Below, piece after piece: positions 51,203 to 54,050 of a stretch of DNA of 54,050 bases. The stretch is from Chiloscyllium plagiosum (Eukaryota). Numbering within the stretch: the stretch's first letter is position 1; every line of letters starts with the position of its first letter. The stretch lies in NCBI RefSeq assembly GCF_004010195.1, contig NC_057757.1, forward strand, positions 5,511,657 through 5,565,706, in the 5' to 3' direction. Below the pieces are notes generated by a model that had not been told where the DNA came from, searched no databases, and saw only the letters and a program-made list of their open reading frames with translations. Position numbers and translations under genes: made by a program.

Positions 51203-51409
51203 GTGAGTTTCTGTCAGGATTCCTCTGGAATCTAACCAACATCACATAAAGAGGCTTCTCAACCCCTTGGGATTCCTGAAAGAGCTGTATTCTGCTTTAT
51301 CCTGTTTCCCTTCACCTGCTTATGTTCAACCTTTTCAAATATTTATCCACTTTCCTTTAAAAACATTCTGCTCTCCGGTAGGACATTTCCCTTAACCAGT
51401 GGCAATCAC

Positions 51410-51868
51410 AGAATCCCTACAGTGTGGAAGCAGGCCATTCAGCCCATCGAGTCCACACCGACTCTCTGAAGAGCATCCCAGCCAGACCCACCGTCCTGTC
51501 CTATTCCTGTACCCCTGCACTTCCCATGGCTAATCCACCACACCCACCCAGACCCACCGTCCTGTCCTATCCCTGTACCCCTGCACTTCCCATGGCTAAT
51601 CCACCACACCCACCCAGACCCACCATCCTGTCCTATCCCTGTATCCCTGCACTTCCCATGGCTAATCCACCACACCTGCATATCCCTGGACACTATGGGG
51701 CAATTTAGCATAGCCAATCCACCCTAACCTCTACATCTCTACATCTTTTGGCTGTGGGAGGAAACTGGTGCACCCGCAGGAAACCACACAGACATGGTAA
51801 GAATGTGCAAGCTCCACGCAGACAGTCGTTGGAGGGTGGAGTCGAATCCAGCTCCCTGGTGCTATGTG
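51410..51868 (-). mobile_element. HE1-type SINE with 3 internal copies of a 66-bp unit
   Basis: cagacccaccgtcctgtcctat... at 51483, 51549 and 51615. Confidence 0.9.
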
Positions 51869-52036
51869 GCACTAATTAATGTCTTTTTGACTCCCTACTC
51901 ATTTACCCATGGAAATTGGTTCATGCTATCTTAATTAACATTAGTTAAAGCATCTTAAATATAAACATCTATAAGAGATCTCCACTTATGACCATGTTGT
52001 ACAGCAAAGGGCTTCCACCACGCTGTCACATAATTT

Positions 52037-52370
52037 GGGACAGCACGGTGGCTCAGTTGTTAGCACTGCTGTCCCATAGCGCCAGGGACATGGGTTCGAT
52101 TCCATCCTTGGGCACCTGTCTGTGTGGCATTTACACATTCTCCTCTGTGTCTGCATGGGTGTCCTCTTGAGTCCTCTGGTTTTCTCCCACAGTCCAAAGA
52201 TGTGCAGGGTGGGGTGGATTGGCCGTGCTAAATTGCGTCATAATGCCCAGGAATGTGCAGGCTAGATGGAATTGCCATGGGAAATGCAAGGTTACAGGAT
52301 GGGGTGGGTCTGGGTGGCATGCTCGTTGGTGTGGACTGGATGAGATGAATGGCCTTCTTCCACACTGTAG
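52037..52370 (+). mobile_element. HE1-type SINE
   Basis: gggacagcacggtggctcag head and core. Confidence 0.88.
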
Positions 52371-53078
52371 TGTTACGACACAGGGTAAACCCTCCTGCTT
52401 AATGTAAAACCAGCAACACTGAAAAGATTTATCCCATGCAGTAATCTGTAAAAATTCGAGTGGCCAAGAACTATTTAAAAGTAAAAACAAACAACTTTAT
52501 TTCTTAAAGTATAACAGAGAATAATTAACTAACAACAATTTACCATTCCTTACCCTAACCTATCTGTTACCTTCCCTTCTATAATACTAGTCTGATAAAA
52601 CTCTTAATTGAGAAGTATAAAACCTCCCTTCTTATCTCAAAACCAGGCAGCTATCGTTCTCCTATTCGGATCTTCCAGTGTCTTTTTTTTTAGGAATTTC
52701 TGCATCACAGGTTACTGATCGAAAAGATACCTTTTTAAGAGAGTTGTTTTCAGACAGTCTTGTTTACATGCTGTGCTTGTCAGTTCTCCTCTCAACTGTT
52801 CAGTTTTCCCTGGTCTAATACCCCCAAAGCATCGGATTGTGTCATTGGCTTTAAGATTGTCAAATGCTCAATTCAAACTGGATTGGAATTTGATATTTTT
52901 CGGGGTATAATTTAAATTGATTGGCCGAATTCACATTTGTTTTTTGTCTCCAGGCAACGAGCTAATCGAGTTGTTCAACCAAGTGTTACATTGTTACTTT
53001 ATTGAGAAAGCTTGGTGCTATGTCCGTTAGTTCTGCTGCTTTTAACTCTCTTAAAGTATACCCACATCTTCGTAGGCA
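52371..53078. mobile_element. Possible solo LTR of a different family
   Basis: TGTTACGA...TCGTAGGCA imperfect inverted termini; replaces the SINE tail. Confidence 0.5.
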
Positions 53079-53328
53079 CTCTGTGATCAAAGCTATGGCA
53101 TCACTTGTGGGTCTAATCCCTACCCTCTCCATGGCCTTGACATCCCTCCTTATGTTAATCTATTGAGTAGTTGAGGTTCAGAAGGGCTGTTCGTTGATTT
53201 GATTAATTGTCTGGAATCCTCCATGACCAGTGGAGATCACCAGGGTCAGAGTGCATTTTAGTTCCCCGTTCCAATATTGTGGCTCGGTGGGTTAACCATG
53301 ATAAATTGTTCCATAGCATTCAGGGATG

Positions 53329-54050
53329 TAGAACATAGAACAATACAGCACAGAACAGGCCCTTCGGCCCACGATGTTGTGCCGTACATTTGTCCTAGCT
53401 TAAGCACCTATCCATGTACCTATCCAATTGCCGCTTAAAGGTCACCAATGATTCTGACTCTGCCACTCCCACAGGCAGCGCATTCCATGCCCCCACCACT
53501 CCCTGGGTAAAGAACCTACCCCTGACATCCCCCCATATCTTCCACCCTTCACCTTAAATTTATGTCCCCTTCTAACACTCTGTTGTACCTGGGGAAAAAG
53601 TCTCTGACTATCTACCCTATCTATTCCCCTGATCATCTTATAAACCTCTATCAAGTCACCCCTCATCCTTTGCCGTTCTAATGAGAAAAGGTCTCGCACT
53701 CTCAGCCTATCCTCGTACGACCTGTTCTCCATTCCAGATAACATCCTGATAAATCTTCTCTGCACCCTCTCCAAAGCTTCCACATCTTTCCTAAAGTGAG
53801 GCGACCAGAACTGCACACAGTGGCCTTACCAAGGTCCTATACAGCTGCAACATCACCTCACGACTCTTGAATTCAATCCCTCTGCTAATGAACGCTAATA
53901 CACCATAGGCCTTCTTACAAGCTCTATCCACCTGAGTGGCAACTTTCAAAGGTCTATGAACACAGACCCCAAGATCCCTCTGCTCCTCCACCTACTAAGA
54001 ACCCTACTGTTAACCCTGTATTCCGCATTCTTATTTCTCCTTCCAAAATG
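53329..54050 (-). mobile_element. Relatively young CR1 LINE 3' end, continuing beyond the window
   Basis: DLGVCVH..LKVATQVDRACKKAYGVLAFISRGIEFKSREVMLQLYRTLVRP and QFWSPHFRKDVEALERVQRRF. Confidence 0.92.

Overview
Repeat-rich vertebrate genomic DNA. The repeats (HE1-type V-SINEs, CR1 and RTE LINEs, Penelope-derived elements) point to a shark or other cartilaginous fish. The only host gene I can support is the 5' half of a vigilin gene (HDLBP family) on the + strand: one likely non-coding exon (23279-23360) and seven coding exons (25008-51202) with canonical AG/GT boundaries and compatible phases. It continues beyond the window. Two coding exons expected from vertebrate vigilin are not visible and probably lie in the 500-N gap at 33980-34479. 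The most notable signal is a family of short, often palindromic Penelope-derived insertions carrying minimal hammerhead-ribozyme cores (CUGANGA-stem II-GAAAC-GUH), several with 11-15 bp target-site duplications. Also present: a 32/33-bp minisatellite with higher-order structure, SINEs with internal tandem expansions, solo-LTR-like elements and an old degenerate tandem array. No prokaryotic systems were seen. All calls are by eye, and repeat boundaries are approximate.
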